This document shows positions 1 through 10,142 of a stretch of 64,000 nt of DNA, in pieces (positions within the stretch are counted from its first letter, which is position 1; each line of letters starts with the position of its first letter). A program made the position numbers and the translations under genes. Origin of the DNA: Candidatus Nomurabacteria bacterium (GTDB lineage Bacteria > Patescibacteriota > Minisyncoccia > Phycocordibacterales > UBA9973); contig JAHFNH010000004.1 of NCBI GenBank assembly GCA_023267435.1, forward strand, positions 1,236 to 65,235, in the 5' to 3' direction. Below the pieces are notes generated by a model. The model did no database searches. It was given only the letters and a program-made list of their open reading frames with translations, and was not told the DNA's origin.

Positions 1-200
1 GCTCGTGGAATAATTCAATTTGAAAAATGTCCCAATCCTAATTTATTAGGATTGTGGGCCTCGCCTCAAGCGAGGTTCAAAGAAATTTAATTTATTAAAC
101 TTCTGGATTTATTGAGTCGGTATTGTGTCGCTCAATTGACGACACAATAGTTTGCTTGAACTTAAAACAATCTGACAAGCGTGGAAAGACATGCACCAAA
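1..200 (+). ncRNA. Candidate structured RNA, 3' part (hairpins plus H-type pseudoknot); identity unknown, possibly tmRNA-like
   Basis: Hairpins CCCAATCCTAAT/ATTAGGATTGTGGG and CCTCGC/GCGAGG; pseudoknot ATTGAG(111-116)/CTCAAT(131-136) with TATTGTGTCG(121-130)/CGACACAATA(140-149); terminator at 276-305. Confidence 0.35.
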
Positions 201-206
201 AAAGTT

Positions 207-240
207 TCCGCCTCTACGGCGGATCAGCCGATGAGGCTGA
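207..240. repeat. Dispersed double-hairpin repeat, copy 1
   Basis: TCCGCC-TCTAC-GGCGGA-TCAGCC-GATGA-GGCTGA; related copies at 12893, 32727 and 53834. Confidence 0.85.
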
Positions 241-275
241 AAGGAACGAAACAAAACAAAGCACAGCAAACTCCT

Positions 276-305
276 AAAAAACCACCAAGAAATTGGTGGT
301 TTTTG
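276..305 (+). terminator. Intrinsic terminator
   Basis: AAAAACCACCAA-GAAA-TTGGTGGTTTTT. Confidence 0.75.
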
Positions 306-395
306 TGTTTTCAGGTTACTATTGACTTTATATTAAAATATAGTATTCTAATATAGAAAATAATTAATAGTACAAATAATTTAAAAAATAATAAT

Positions 396-575
396 ATGAA
401 AATACCATTTTTGATTATCGGAGTCTTATGTGCTATTTCTATAGAAATAGGCATTTGTTTTTCATTCCCAGCAGTTGATAAATTTCTTACGTTTGGGATT
501 GGCGTTTTTGTTGTAGTAATAATTTATTTACTGGCTTGTATAGTAGATTATCTGCAAAAAATTGCTAAAAAATAA
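396..575 (+). CDS. Small 59-aa membrane protein with two hydrophobic segments (absent from the ORF track)
   Basis: MKIPFLIIGVLCAISIEIG...YLQKIAKK*; TTGACT -35-like promoter upstream and terminator downstream. Confidence 0.6.
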   Translation: MKIPFLIIGVLCAISIEIGICFSFPAVDKFLTFGIGVFVVVIIYLLACIVDYLQKIAKK

Positions 576-594
576 AAATTTACAAAAGTTTTCA

Positions 595-627
595 AAAACC
601 GTCTCAATATTGAGGCGGTTTCTTTTT
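595..627 (+). terminator. Intrinsic terminator
   Basis: AAACCGTCTCAAT/ATTGAGGCGGTTT followed by T-tract. Confidence 0.7.
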
Positions 628-726
628 ATCAATTTGTGTGTTATAATAGTCTCATAATTTAATAGTTACCCCTAAGCGCAAGCGGTGGGGATGTTTGCGT
701 ATTTGAGCTATTTTTAAAATAATTTT

Positions 727-3327
727 ATGAATAAAAAACAAACAACAGAAGGAGTAATAAGAGTTAAAGGAGCAAGAACTCACAATCTGAAAAATATCAG
801 TGTGGAAATGCCACGCGGTAAAATGATCGCCTTTACTGGACTTTCAGGTTCCGGCAAGAGTTCTTTGGCTTTCGATACTATATTTGCGGAAGGGCAGAGA
901 CGTTATGTGGAATCTTTGTCTTCTTATGCGCGTCAGTTTTTGAAACAGATGGCCAAGCCAGATGTGGATGAGATCGAAGGTTTGAGTCCAGCAATTTCCA
1001 TCGATCAAAAATCTCGTTCCAATAATCCTCGTTCGACAGTGGCGACTATCACAGAAATATACGATTATCTGCGTGTTCTTTATGCGCGCGTCGGTCGCCC
1101 GTACTGTCTGATTTGCGGAGATGAAATTAAAAAACTTTCTAATGAAGAAATAATCAGATTCGTAATGGAAAAGATTTCTAAACTTTCTAGTCCAAAGAAA
1201 AAAGTGATGGGTGTGGAATTCGACGATACTCCAATCCAAATATTTGCTCCGGTGGTACGAGGAAGAAAAGGTGAGTACTATCAGCTTCTTTATGATTTAC
1301 TCGGTAAAGGTTATGCGAAAGTGCGCGTAGACGGTGTGATGAAGAACTTGCGTGAACGCGTAGAACTCTCCAAAACTAAAAAACACGATATAGATGTATT
1401 AGTAGATGAATTTTCTGCGCACGAATTTGCAGTGAAAGATATGAAAGACATCGAGCTTCGTTTAGCTGAGTCTGTCGAACGAGCGCTTCTTGAGTCTGAC
1501 GGTTTGGTAAAAGTAGTCATTAATAAAGAAGAGTCGCTTTTGTCTGCGAAATTTTCTTGCCCGAAAGACGGCTTTTCATTTCCAGAAATAGAACCTCGTC
1601 TATTTTCTTTCAACTCTCCGCACGGAGCATGTCCGACTTGTCATGGTCTCGGCACGAAACATATGTTTGGAGATGATGCTTGTGATGAATGTCAGGGTAA
1701 AAGATTGCGTCCGGAAGCACTGCATGTGTACCTAGGTCACGGAGGAGAAAATAAAAATGGCATTAGTATCGTCGACTTCACTGCACTTTCCATCGAAGAC
1801 GCGGTCGAATATTTTAATAAACTAAAATTGACTCCTCAGGAAAAAGAAATTTCTGCGGTACTTTTGCGCGAGATCGAGTCTCGCCTGGAATTTTTGATGA
1901 ACGTCGGTTTGGAATATTTATCTCTCGATCGGAGGGCGAATACACTCTCGGGTGGAGAAGCGCAAAGAATTCGTCTCGCGTCTCAGCTCGGGTCTCGACT
2001 TGTCGGTGCACTTTATGTGTTAGATGAGCCGACGATTGGTCTTCATCAGCGCGACAATGAAAAACTCATCAAGACTCTTACCAACCTCCGAGATTTAGGA
2101 AATACGATTATTGTCGTCGAACACGATGAGGATACGATTTACTCTTCCGACTATATTGTGGACATCGGTCCGAAGGCGGGAGTGCATGGAGGAGAAATTA
2201 TTGTTGCCGACTATTTAGACAAATTACTCACCGCTCCGAAGAATACTTCGAAGTCTCGCACACTCGCATATTTGCGTGGAGAAGAAAAAATTCCCATTCC
2301 AGAAAAAAGGAGAGAAGGAGAGAAGGGGAGTTTGAAAGTTGTCGGTGGAAAAATTTTCAGTATAAAAAATTTGAATGCAGAAATTCCTCTCGGACGATTG
2401 GTCTCGATCACCGGAGTTTCTGGTTCCGGGAAATCTTCCTTCATGTACGAGATACTCCACAAAAATTTACAAGCGAAGTTCGAAAGAAAATACCGCAGTG
2501 CGCAAATTTTTAATTGCGCATCTTTTTCCGGTTCCGAATATTTACAGAGAGTCGTGCTCATCGACCAGTCACCGATCGGAAGAACTCCTCGCTCAAACAT
2601 CGCGACATACACCGGAGCGTTCGTGCATGTTCGTGATCTTTTTTCGGCGACCGAAGAGTCTCGTTTTCGTGGTTGGGGTCAGAGCAGATTTTCTTTCAAT
2701 GTGAAAGGCGGACGATGCGAAGCTTGTGAAGGAAATGGAGAGATAGCAGTCGAGATGCATTTCTTGCCGACAGTGTATGTGACATGCGATGTGTGTAATG
2801 GAAAAAGATTTGATAAAGAAACTTTGAAAGTAAAATATAAAAAGAAAAATATTTTTGAAGTTTTAGAAATGACAGTCGAAGAAGGTTTTACTTTTTTTGA
2901 AGACATACCTGCGATTTATGACAGACTAAAAACTTTGATGGATGTCGGACTCGGTTATGTGAAACTCGGACAAAGTGCGACGACACTTTCTGGCGGTGAA
3001 GCGCAACGTGTAAAAATTTCTAGTGAACTTTTCAGACCATACTTAGAAAAAACAATTTATCTTTTAGACGAGCCGACAGTCGGATTACATTATGATGATG
3101 TTCAGAATTTAATAAATGTTTTAGACAAGCTCGTGAACAAAGGAAACAGTGTTGTTGTCATCGAACACAATATGGATCTCATAAAATGCAGTGACTATAT
3201 ATTGGACTTTGGACCTGAAGGGGGAGACAAAGGTGGTACGTTAGTAGCGAAGGGAACTCCGGAAGAAGTCGCCAATCATCCTAAGTCTTTTACGGGTAAG
3301 TATCTTAAGAAAGTCTTGAGAAAATAA
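727..3327 (+). CDS. uvrA: Excinuclease ABC subunit A
   Basis: GARTHNLKNI, GLSGSGKSSLAFDTIFAEGQRRY, two ABC modules (LSGGEAQR), Zn-finger CxxC motifs. Confidence 0.98.
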   Translation: MNKKQTTEGVIRVKGARTHNLKNISVEMPRGKMIAFTGLSGSGKSSLAFDTIFAEGQRRYVESLSSYARQFLKQMAKPDVDEIEGLSPAISIDQKSRSNNPRSTVATITEIYDYLRVLYARVGRPYCLICGDEIKKLSNEEIIRFVMEKISKLSSPKKKVMGVEFDDTPIQIFAPVVRGRKGEYYQLLYDLLGKGYAKVRVDGVMKNLRERVELSKTKKHDIDVLVDEFSAHEFAVKDMKDIELRLAESVERALLESDGLVKVVINKEESLLSAKFSCPKDGFSFPEIEPRLFSFNSPHGACPTCHGLGTKHMFGDDACDECQGKRLRPEALHVYLGHGGENKNGISIVDFTALSIEDAVEYFNKLKLTPQEKEISAVLLREIESRLEFLMNVGLEYLSLDRRANTLSGGEAQRIRLASQLGSRLVGALYVLDEPTIGLHQRDNEKLIKTLTNLRDLGNTIIVVEHDEDTIYSSDYIVDIGPKAGVHGGEIIVADYLDKLLTAPKNTSKSRTLAYLRGEEKIPIPEKRREGEKGSLKVVGGKIFSIKNLNAEIPLGRLVSITGVSGSGKSSFMYEILHKNLQAKFERKYRSAQIFNCASFSGSEYLQRVVLIDQSPIGRTPRSNIATYTGAFVHVRDLFSATEESRFRGWGQSRFSFNVKGGRCEACEGNGEIAVEMHFLPTVYVTCDVCNGKRFDKETLKVKYKKKNIFEVLEMTVEEGFTFFEDIPAIYDRLKTLMDVGLGYVKLGQSATTLSGGEAQRVKISSELFRPYLEKTIYLLDEPTVGLHYDDVQNLINVLDKLVNKGNSVVVIEHNMDLIKCSDYILDFGPEGGDKGGTLVAKGTPEEVANHPKSFTGKYLKKVLRK

Positions 3328-3341
3328 GCTTTTAACAAATA

Positions 3342-3368
3342 AAAGTCCCACTTCTGGTGGGGTTTTTA
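3342..3368 (+). terminator. Intrinsic terminator after uvrA
   Basis: CCCAC..GTGGG stem followed by T-tract. Confidence 0.6.
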
Positions 3369-3707
3369 TTTCTGGTTGCATGTATGAGTTCATTTAATTT
3401 TAATACTTATCCACAGTATAGTTATGTATTCTATTTACACTATATATACAGATTGATACAATATATGCACATACGTAGTTGTATGTTGTTTAGAAAGTTT
3501 TCGCGGAGTTGTTGCCCGGAAACAAAGTTAATTTTGGTTTTAAAAACCAATTTATTTTTTGTTTTCTGTTTGTTCGTTATTATTTATTAGTGTTTATTAT
3601 TAGTCGATTTGTTTTTATTAATAATTAGAGCTTTAATAATAAAAATTAAAGCCTAGCAAATTGCGCCGCGTTTCAATGGATAACGTTGCATGATTTAACA
3701 AAATCAT

Positions 3708-6700
3708 ATGTTTAAAAAAATATTTGTTTCTTCTTTTATTATCGTCGCATTAACTGTCGGCGCTTTTGGCATTTCACATAGTGTCGCTGCCGCTCAGACT
3801 TCTTTGTGGCAAGTTGCTCAGCAACAAGTCGGAGCAGGAGCATCATCCGATGCACTTGTTTCAGCTACAAAAAATCTTGCTACTAAGCACGATATAAAGA
3901 TCCCAGAATGGAGTTGGAATCTTTCTGGAAAATTTGATGTTCGAAAATTATCTTTGTCATTTTTGAAATCAATTGCATCTCTCGCTTCTTTTGGTAAATC
4001 AAATGTTGCGCAAGTAGTTCCCACTACTCCTACTTATACTTACCAATATAGTTTTGGAAGTGCTGGCCTTGGTAATGGACAACTTCGTTATACTCAGAAT
4101 CTTACCTCTGATTCAGACGGTAATATTTATGTTGCCGATGCTTACTACAATCGTCCACGTATTCAAAAATTTGATCAAAACGGAACCTTTCTATTAGGTT
4201 GGGGAGGTTACGGTACAGGTGACACTCAATTTGTTGACATAAGCAGTTTAACTTTCTTTAAAGGACAAATTTATGTTTCTGAAGTAAATGTTGATGATAT
4301 AAAAGTTTTTGATACTTCAGGAAATTTTGTTAGAAAAATAGCATTGAGTGTTTCTGGAGAAAGACAATATTTTGTGGCTAAGATAGCATTAGATTCAAGA
4401 GGTAACATTTATGTTCTTAGTAACAATACTACAAACGTTGTATATAAATTTACAAATTCTGGTACTTATGTTTCTTCTTTCCCTGTTGAGAATCCAAACT
4501 CTGCAAATGCCTTACAAGGCATCACAGTTGATTCCAATAATAATATTTATGTAACTGGATACAACTTTATTCGAGAATTTGATTTAAATGGTACTCTTGT
4601 AAAATCTTTTAATGTCAGTAGTTTATTCGGTTTTTATGGTATAACCGTTGATCTTTCTGGTTACGCTTTTGTTGGTGATAATAGTTACCAACAAGTGGAT
4701 GAATTTGACCCATCTGGAAATTATTTAGCAAGCTTTAAGAATCCAAGTGGTGCTGCAATTTATGGTGTGACTCGAATAGGTAATGGTAATATTTATGCTG
4801 CTGATTTTCCTAGTCAAGTAGATGTATTTATACCTTCTACTCCTTCTACAATTCCACCAATTATAACAATTAATGATCCACTTTATCCTACTGTTGTGAG
4901 TACTGGTCAGCAAATGGTTTTTGCTACTGCATTTACAAACGCAAGTGGTGCTGATATGGGAACTTGTTCATTTATATCAGGAGATGGAAGTATGGTTCCT
5001 ACATATATTGCTAAAGACAATAATCAGAATGATGTATTAGCTGCAAATTATACATATCTAAAAGATGGAACATTTTCAGCTTTATTTGAGTGTGTTTCTC
5101 CTCTCGCTGGTACTATTAGTAATACGCCTACTTCTATTATAGCTAGCACTTTAGACACAACTCCTCCAACAGTTGCTTCTACAAGTCCAACAGATTTATC
5201 TACAAATGTTTCTATTAATACAACCATTGAAGCAACCTTTAGTGAAGCGATAGATTGGAAAACTGCCAATAGCCAAAATGTTGTTCTTCTTGATCCGAAC
5301 GGTAATCAAGTTGAAGCAACCCTTTCTTCTAATAGTTCTATAGTAGGTGTTCTTTCTCCATCAGTACCACTAAATTACAACACAACTTATACAGTGATAA
5401 TTAAAAGAAATTTTAAAGATTTGGTTACAGGTGGCGTAGTAGCTGGTTTAACTGATCTAGCTGGAAATGAGATATCTGCTGATTTTGTTTGGTCATTTAC
5501 CACTGAAGCTAATCCAGTATCTGTAACAATTGGCGCAGTTCTTCCTACGGATACCACAGTCAATACAGCAACAGTATTTACTGCTAGTGTTACAAATCCA
5601 ACTGGCGTTGATTTAGGATCTTGTTATTTCTATGTAGGAATAAAATCTGTAGGTAATATACCTGCAACCTATGATGTGAAAGCTGGACAAGTCAGTGCAA
5701 CTTATACTTATGATACAGCTGGAGTTTATAATACCCAATTCTCTTGCAACGGTAGTCTTATAAGTGTTTCTGGTATTCCAACAGATGTAACTGTGACTAG
5801 TACTGTTCCTTCACCTTGTTCTATAACAATGGACAAAGCAAACCCAGATTTCGCTACATCATTAGGAACCATTTCTTTCGGTGGAGACGTTCTTGTTTCT
5901 TCCAACCCTAATTTATTATTCTCTTCAGATAACGGTGTTAAAAATGCTTGGAATAGTAAATATGATTTAAACTTGAATTCACCTACAGTCTACATGTTTG
6001 ACAAAGCAACAGGAGCGACTCTTCAGTTGACCAATGCCGCTTACGACGCAAAAACTCCTAGCTTTACATTCGACAAGCCAGCAGTAAATGTATTACTCTC
6101 AAAAGCAGCAGGTACTATGTCATACAAGTTTGATAATGGTGGAACAATCACCTTCGATGGTGGCGCCCTTGTTACATTTGCCGGACTAGAAGCATCTTTC
6201 GATGGTGGAACAACTTGGGTAACTTCTTACAAGACTGATCCTTATCCAAAAACATTCATTGTAAGAGATCCAAAAACACTAACAACTACAGACATCACAA
6301 ACGTATTACTTGATTCAAAAGCAGGAGCATTCTCTTTCTCAATAGCTCCAGTTTGTGTTGTTCCTCCTCCACCTTGTTCAACAACTACAACTCTTAACAA
6401 AGCAAACCCAGATTTCGCTACATCATTAGGAACCATTTCTTTCGGTGGAGACGTTCTTGTTTCTTCCAACCCTAATTTAGTAATGTCTGTAGACAATTCT
6501 CTTTGGGAAGGAAAACTTGATTTAAACCTTGTAGCCAAAACAAATATTGTTTATCTATGGGACAAACAAACAGGAGCTACTCTTCAGTTGACCAATGCCG
6601 CTTACGACGCAAAAACTCCTAGCTTCTCATTTGATAAACTACCTACAACAACTGTAGTTGAGTTATCAAAAATGAATACTACTTACACAGCATCAAATGG

Positions 6701-9059
6701 CGTAGTATTAACTTTTGATCCAAGTACATTCTCTTTAACTATCTTAAATGGATTAATGTCTGTAGATAATACAAAATTTGTAACCAGTCTAGGTAAAGCT
6801 GAATTATTAAAGTTCTCTACTTTGTATGTACAAGGTAAGTCAGGAGTAGTTACACCAGTAACTATGAAAGCTGATTCAAATCTAGGAATAATAGACTTTA
6901 CATTTACTACAGCAGATACTTGTGGAGTTTCTGATACAGTTGCACCAGTTACAACACTTACAAATGTTCCTGCAGTTGTAGACGGACAAAATGGTTGGTT
7001 TATAACTTCACCGGTTGTCGGCACACTTACTTGTGCTGATCTTCCAGCAGACAAAACTTCTTCCGGTTGTAACCAGACATTCTACACTCTTGATAAAGAC
7101 AGTGAAGTTTCAGGAGTCGCTCCAATAGATTTCAAAATGTACGACGGTATTCATTCTGTCTCTTATTACTCAAATGATAAAGCTGGAAATACAGAAGTTG
7201 CTCAAAGTGCTTCTTTCTACATAGATTCAGTTGCTCCTTCAACCAATGTTACTTTGATTGACAAGGACGCAGATAAGTTTATCGAAGCTGTTCAGGTTGA
7301 TGCAAAAGACGAAACTTCAGGTGTTGCTTATATGAATTATGTAGTCAGCCTAGGTGGAGTTGATGTTTACAAATCTGATCTTATAAAAGGATCATCCATA
7401 GCTATAGATCTTTCTCTTTGGACTAAAGCAGGTAAATCAATAACCATTACTTATTTCGCAACAGACAATGCTGGTAATACATCTAAAGATCAAGCTGTTG
7501 TTGCAAATTACGATATTTGTCCAGGAGTAGCAGGTCAATATCAAGGTTGTGGTAATAAGAATCATGTTATATCAATCGTTCATAATGTTAATAAAATTGC
7601 AAAATATGATGACAACGATGAATATAAGGGTGATCGAGCAAATTGCGGAATTACTACAGGTAAAGATGGAAAGAAATCAGTTACCGCAGAATGCGACAAA
7701 AATGTTTCAGGTGTAGTTGTTAAAGCCTTCCCATTTACTGTTGCTCAGAATATATTAAAGCCGATTAATGGTTGGGACGAAAATAATGATGGACAGCCTC
7801 GCCAGACATCTCTTGCTGCTCTCTATGCTTCAGGAGCTGAATCAAACTCATGTACTACTATTTCAGGTTCATGTGACATGGGTCTTCCAGTAGGAAAAGG
7901 TGTAGGTCAATTTACTAAATTCATTGATGTTGCTTTGTATACAGTTAAAGATCCATCTTCTGGTAAGAAGATTGATCTTTATCAATCAAAGGTAAAGAAT
8001 TTCATGGGTAAAGACCACGAGGATAATAAATCTGTTAGAGAAAGAGATGATAATCACAAGAGTTACTATAATTGTGACTCAAGTAGTAAATATCCTAACT
8101 TCAGTTCTGATGACTTAAGTAGAGAAAAAGTTTGTCAACAAGAAATTAATGACATGCATGGTACAAACGATGATAGTACAAACATAAATACTATCGTTAC
8201 TAAGACTTTCCGTTTCTTGAATCTTGTAAGTAAGGATTCAAATGGTAAAGAAAAAGATGAACCTTCTACAGCTGGTATTAAGAAAAATTCAGGATCAGAA
8301 CTAGATGTTATTTATCCAGAATATACTATTTGGGACGGTACAACAGCTCTTTATCCTTTCATTATGACTTCAGATTCTGATTGGACTACAGACGTATGTC
8401 TCCAAGTTCCAACAGGATATCAGATCTCGGCTGTTTATGATCAGGAAGGAAATATTATCTCAACTGATCAATGTCAACAGACATTTATCTCTGGTGAAAC
8501 TAAGACAGTTCTATTTTCAGTTAGCGATGTTGGTTCACCTGAACCTGATTTCACATTTTCTCTTCAAACCAAGCACCAAGAAGTTCAAACAGGAGGTGGA
8601 ACAGCACTTCAGCAAACTAACCAGACTCTTAGTGTAGGTGGTATCAGACAAGCAACTAAGGATGTTGTAGACACTCAGATAGCTCAAGCTATTGCTCCTG
8701 TAATCGCTCAGATTAATGCTGACAAGCAGGCTCAATTAGCTCAAGCTGTTCAAGTTCTAGCACCAGCTGTTAGTCCAGTTGTTATTGCTCAAGCTCCTAC
8801 ACCAATCAGCCAGGTTCAAGCAATAAACTTCTCTAATAATTTGAAATTAGGAAAGAAGGGAACTGATGTTAAGGCTCTTCAAGAATACCTTAACAATCAC
8901 GGCTTTGAAGTTTCCAAGTCAGGTGCAGGTTCAAATGGTATGGAATCTGAATACTTTGGAGGAAAAACAAAAGCTGCAGTCGTTAAATTCCAAAAGGCCA
9001 ACAAGCTTCCAGCTACTGGCTTCGTAGGAACAATGACTCGCTCGCTATTGAATAGATAA
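3708..9059 (+). CDS. Large secreted surface protein (1783 aa): signal peptide, NHL-repeat beta-propeller, Ig-like domains, C-terminal peptidoglycan-binding domain
   Basis: Signal peptide; repeated DSxGNIYV motifs; DTTPPTVASTSP...DLAGN Ig-like domain; YYSNDKAGN and ATDNAGN; LKLGKKGTDVKALQEYLN...FGGKTKAAVVKFQ..TGFVG. Confidence 0.85.
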   Translation: MFKKIFVSSFIIVALTVGAFGISHSVAAAQTSLWQVAQQQVGAGASSDALVSATKNLATKHDIKIPEWSWNLSGKFDVRKLSLSFLKSIASLASFGKSNVAQVVPTTPTYTYQYSFGSAGLGNGQLRYTQNLTSDSDGNIYVADAYYNRPRIQKFDQNGTFLLGWGGYGTGDTQFVDISSLTFFKGQIYVSEVNVDDIKVFDTSGNFVRKIALSVSGERQYFVAKIALDSRGNIYVLSNNTTNVVYKFTNSGTYVSSFPVENPNSANALQGITVDSNNNIYVTGYNFIREFDLNGTLVKSFNVSSLFGFYGITVDLSGYAFVGDNSYQQVDEFDPSGNYLASFKNPSGAAIYGVTRIGNGNIYAADFPSQVDVFIPSTPSTIPPIITINDPLYPTVVSTGQQMVFATAFTNASGADMGTCSFISGDGSMVPTYIAKDNNQNDVLAANYTYLKDGTFSALFECVSPLAGTISNTPTSIIASTLDTTPPTVASTSPTDLSTNVSINTTIEATFSEAIDWKTANSQNVVLLDPNGNQVEATLSSNSSIVGVLSPSVPLNYNTTYTVIIKRNFKDLVTGGVVAGLTDLAGNEISADFVWSFTTEANPVSVTIGAVLPTDTTVNTATVFTASVTNPTGVDLGSCYFYVGIKSVGNIPATYDVKAGQVSATYTYDTAGVYNTQFSCNGSLISVSGIPTDVTVTSTVPSPCSITMDKANPDFATSLGTISFGGDVLVSSNPNLLFSSDNGVKNAWNSKYDLNLNSPTVYMFDKATGATLQLTNAAYDAKTPSFTFDKPAVNVLLSKAAGTMSYKFDNGGTITFDGGALVTFAGLEASFDGGTTWVTSYKTDPYPKTFIVRDPKTLTTTDITNVLLDSKAGAFSFSIAPVCVVPPPPCSTTTTLNKANPDFATSLGTISFGGDVLVSSNPNLVMSVDNSLWEGKLDLNLVAKTNIVYLWDKQTGATLQLTNAAYDAKTPSFSFDKLPTTTVVELSKMNTTYTASNGVVLTFDPSTFSLTILNGLMSVDNTKFVTSLGKAELLKFSTLYVQGKSGVVTPVTMKADSNLGIIDFTFTTADTCGVSDTVAPVTTLTNVPAVVDGQNGWFITSPVVGTLTCADLPADKTSSGCNQTFYTLDKDSEVSGVAPIDFKMYDGIHSVSYYSNDKAGNTEVAQSASFYIDSVAPSTNVTLIDKDADKFIEAVQVDAKDETSGVAYMNYVVSLGGVDVYKSDLIKGSSIAIDLSLWTKAGKSITITYFATDNAGNTSKDQAVVANYDICPGVAGQYQGCGNKNHVISIVHNVNKIAKYDDNDEYKGDRANCGITTGKDGKKSVTAECDKNVSGVVVKAFPFTVAQNILKPINGWDENNDGQPRQTSLAALYASGAESNSCTTISGSCDMGLPVGKGVGQFTKFIDVALYTVKDPSSGKKIDLYQSKVKNFMGKDHEDNKSVRERDDNHKSYYNCDSSSKYPNFSSDDLSREKVCQQEINDMHGTNDDSTNINTIVTKTFRFLNLVSKDSNGKEKDEPSTAGIKKNSGSELDVIYPEYTIWDGTTALYPFIMTSDSDWTTDVCLQVPTGYQISAVYDQEGNIISTDQCQQTFISGETKTVLFSVSDVGSPEPDFTFSLQTKHQEVQTGGGTALQQTNQTLSVGGIRQATKDVVDTQIAQAIAPVIAQINADKQAQLAQAVQVLAPAVSPVVIAQAPTPISQVQAINFSNNLKLGKKGTDVKALQEYLNNHGFEVSKSGAGSNGMESEYFGGKTKAAVVKFQKANKLPATGFVGTMTRSLLNR
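5833..6626 (+). repeat. Intragenic duplicated domain with nucleotide-identical blocks
   Basis: ~5833-5915 matches ~6397-6479 (KANPDFATSLGTISFGGDVLVSSNPNL); ~6010-6065 nearly matches ~6570-6626 (TGATLQLTNAAYDAKTPSF). Confidence 0.9.
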
Positions 9060-9083
9060 TTATCCTTCTAGGATTCTTATTGC

Positions 9084-9120
9084 AAAAACACTCCGACTTT
9101 CGTCGGAGTGTTTTTGTTTT
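9084..9120 (+). terminator. Intrinsic terminator
   Basis: AAAAACACTCCGAC-TTTC-GTCGGAGTGTTTTT. Confidence 0.85.
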
Positions 9121-9146
9121 AATTTTATGTTAATATTAAAACTATT

Positions 9147-10130
9147 ATGCCAGAAAAATTAGCCAAAAGGTTTATCGCAATATCTTTGATTTTAGTCGCA
9201 GTTTCTTTAGCTGTTGGTGTATATTTTGTTAAGCAAACATTTGATAATATTTTTAACAACATTAATACCGAAGTGGGACAGTCGGCTCGAGCAGTTGCAT
9301 TTGAGCAACAGAGTTGGGTACAGCGCAATCATCAATTAGCAGATGTTCTTTCAGTCCTTCCAGAAGTAGTTGGTAATGATATGACAAAATGTTCAAAAGT
9401 ATTATCGGATATTTTAAAGGCTTATCCGCAATATACAAATTTTGGAGTTGTAGACCTCAATGGTAATGTCATATGTTCTGGATTGCCTTACACTTCAAAA
9501 ATAAACTTTAGTAATGAATCGTGGTTTAAAAATGCAATTTCAAATAACAATTTTTCTATAGGTGATTTTCAAATTGGGCCAATTTCCAAGAAACCGATAA
9601 TTATTTTTGGTCATCCTATTTATGACAGTTCGTTGACTAGCGGAGGAAAAATAAAAAGAGTGATATCAATCGGACTTGATTTGAATTGGATTCATGATTT
9701 GCTTTCAAATATTGATATGAAACAAGGCGAAGTAGCTTTTGTGATAGATCGTAATGGCATTATATTAGCTGGTTTTCCAGATCAATATAATAGTGTTGGT
9801 AAGAACTTTACGGGAGGAGCATTTTTAGATCAAGTTATAAACAATGGCGCACATACTTTTAATATTATAGGCAGTGACGGTGTTCGTCGTATTTATGCTT
9901 CTACTCCTTTATCTGGAGAGGGAGAAAATGATTTATATTTTATATTTGGTGTTCCTGTAACTAGTATCATTACTCAGACGACTAAGGTTTCTATTCCGTT
10001 TATAATTATTTTTATGATTGGAATCTTTATTTTACGCGATGTTTTTCATCACCATCGAAAAGAAGCCATAATAAAAGAAGAAACAAAGGAAGAACCTAAA
10101 GAAGAACCTAAAGAAGAGAAACTAAGTTAA
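9147..10130 (+). CDS. Membrane-anchored dCache sensor-domain protein with no cytoplasmic output domain
   Basis: Two TM helices flank YTNFGVVDLNGNVICS...NFSNESWFKNAI...IGPISKKPII...FVIDRNGIILA. Confidence 0.75.
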   Translation: MPEKLAKRFIAISLILVAVSLAVGVYFVKQTFDNIFNNINTEVGQSARAVAFEQQSWVQRNHQLADVLSVLPEVVGNDMTKCSKVLSDILKAYPQYTNFGVVDLNGNVICSGLPYTSKINFSNESWFKNAISNNNFSIGDFQIGPISKKPIIIFGHPIYDSSLTSGGKIKRVISIGLDLNWIHDLLSNIDMKQGEVAFVIDRNGIILAGFPDQYNSVGKNFTGGAFLDQVINNGAHTFNIIGSDGVRRIYASTPLSGEGENDLYFIFGVPVTSIITQTTKVSIPFIIIFMIGIFILRDVFHHHRKEAIIKEETKEEPKEEPKEEKLS

Positions 10131-10142
10131 TATATTTTTTAA

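Noticed and set aside
224-252. Hammerhead-ribozyme-like CCGATGAG...GAAAC
   Set aside because: The core reads CCGATGA rather than CTGATGA and stem II does not pair; the double-hairpin repeat explains the sequence.
123-356. 77-aa ORF
   Set aside because: It runs across a structured RNA, a repeat and a terminator, so it is probably spurious.
3407-3415. DnaA box TTATCCACA (another at 12587-12595) as a sign of oriC
   Set aside because: These are single isolated boxes with no cluster and no dnaA nearby; at most they are regulatory sites.
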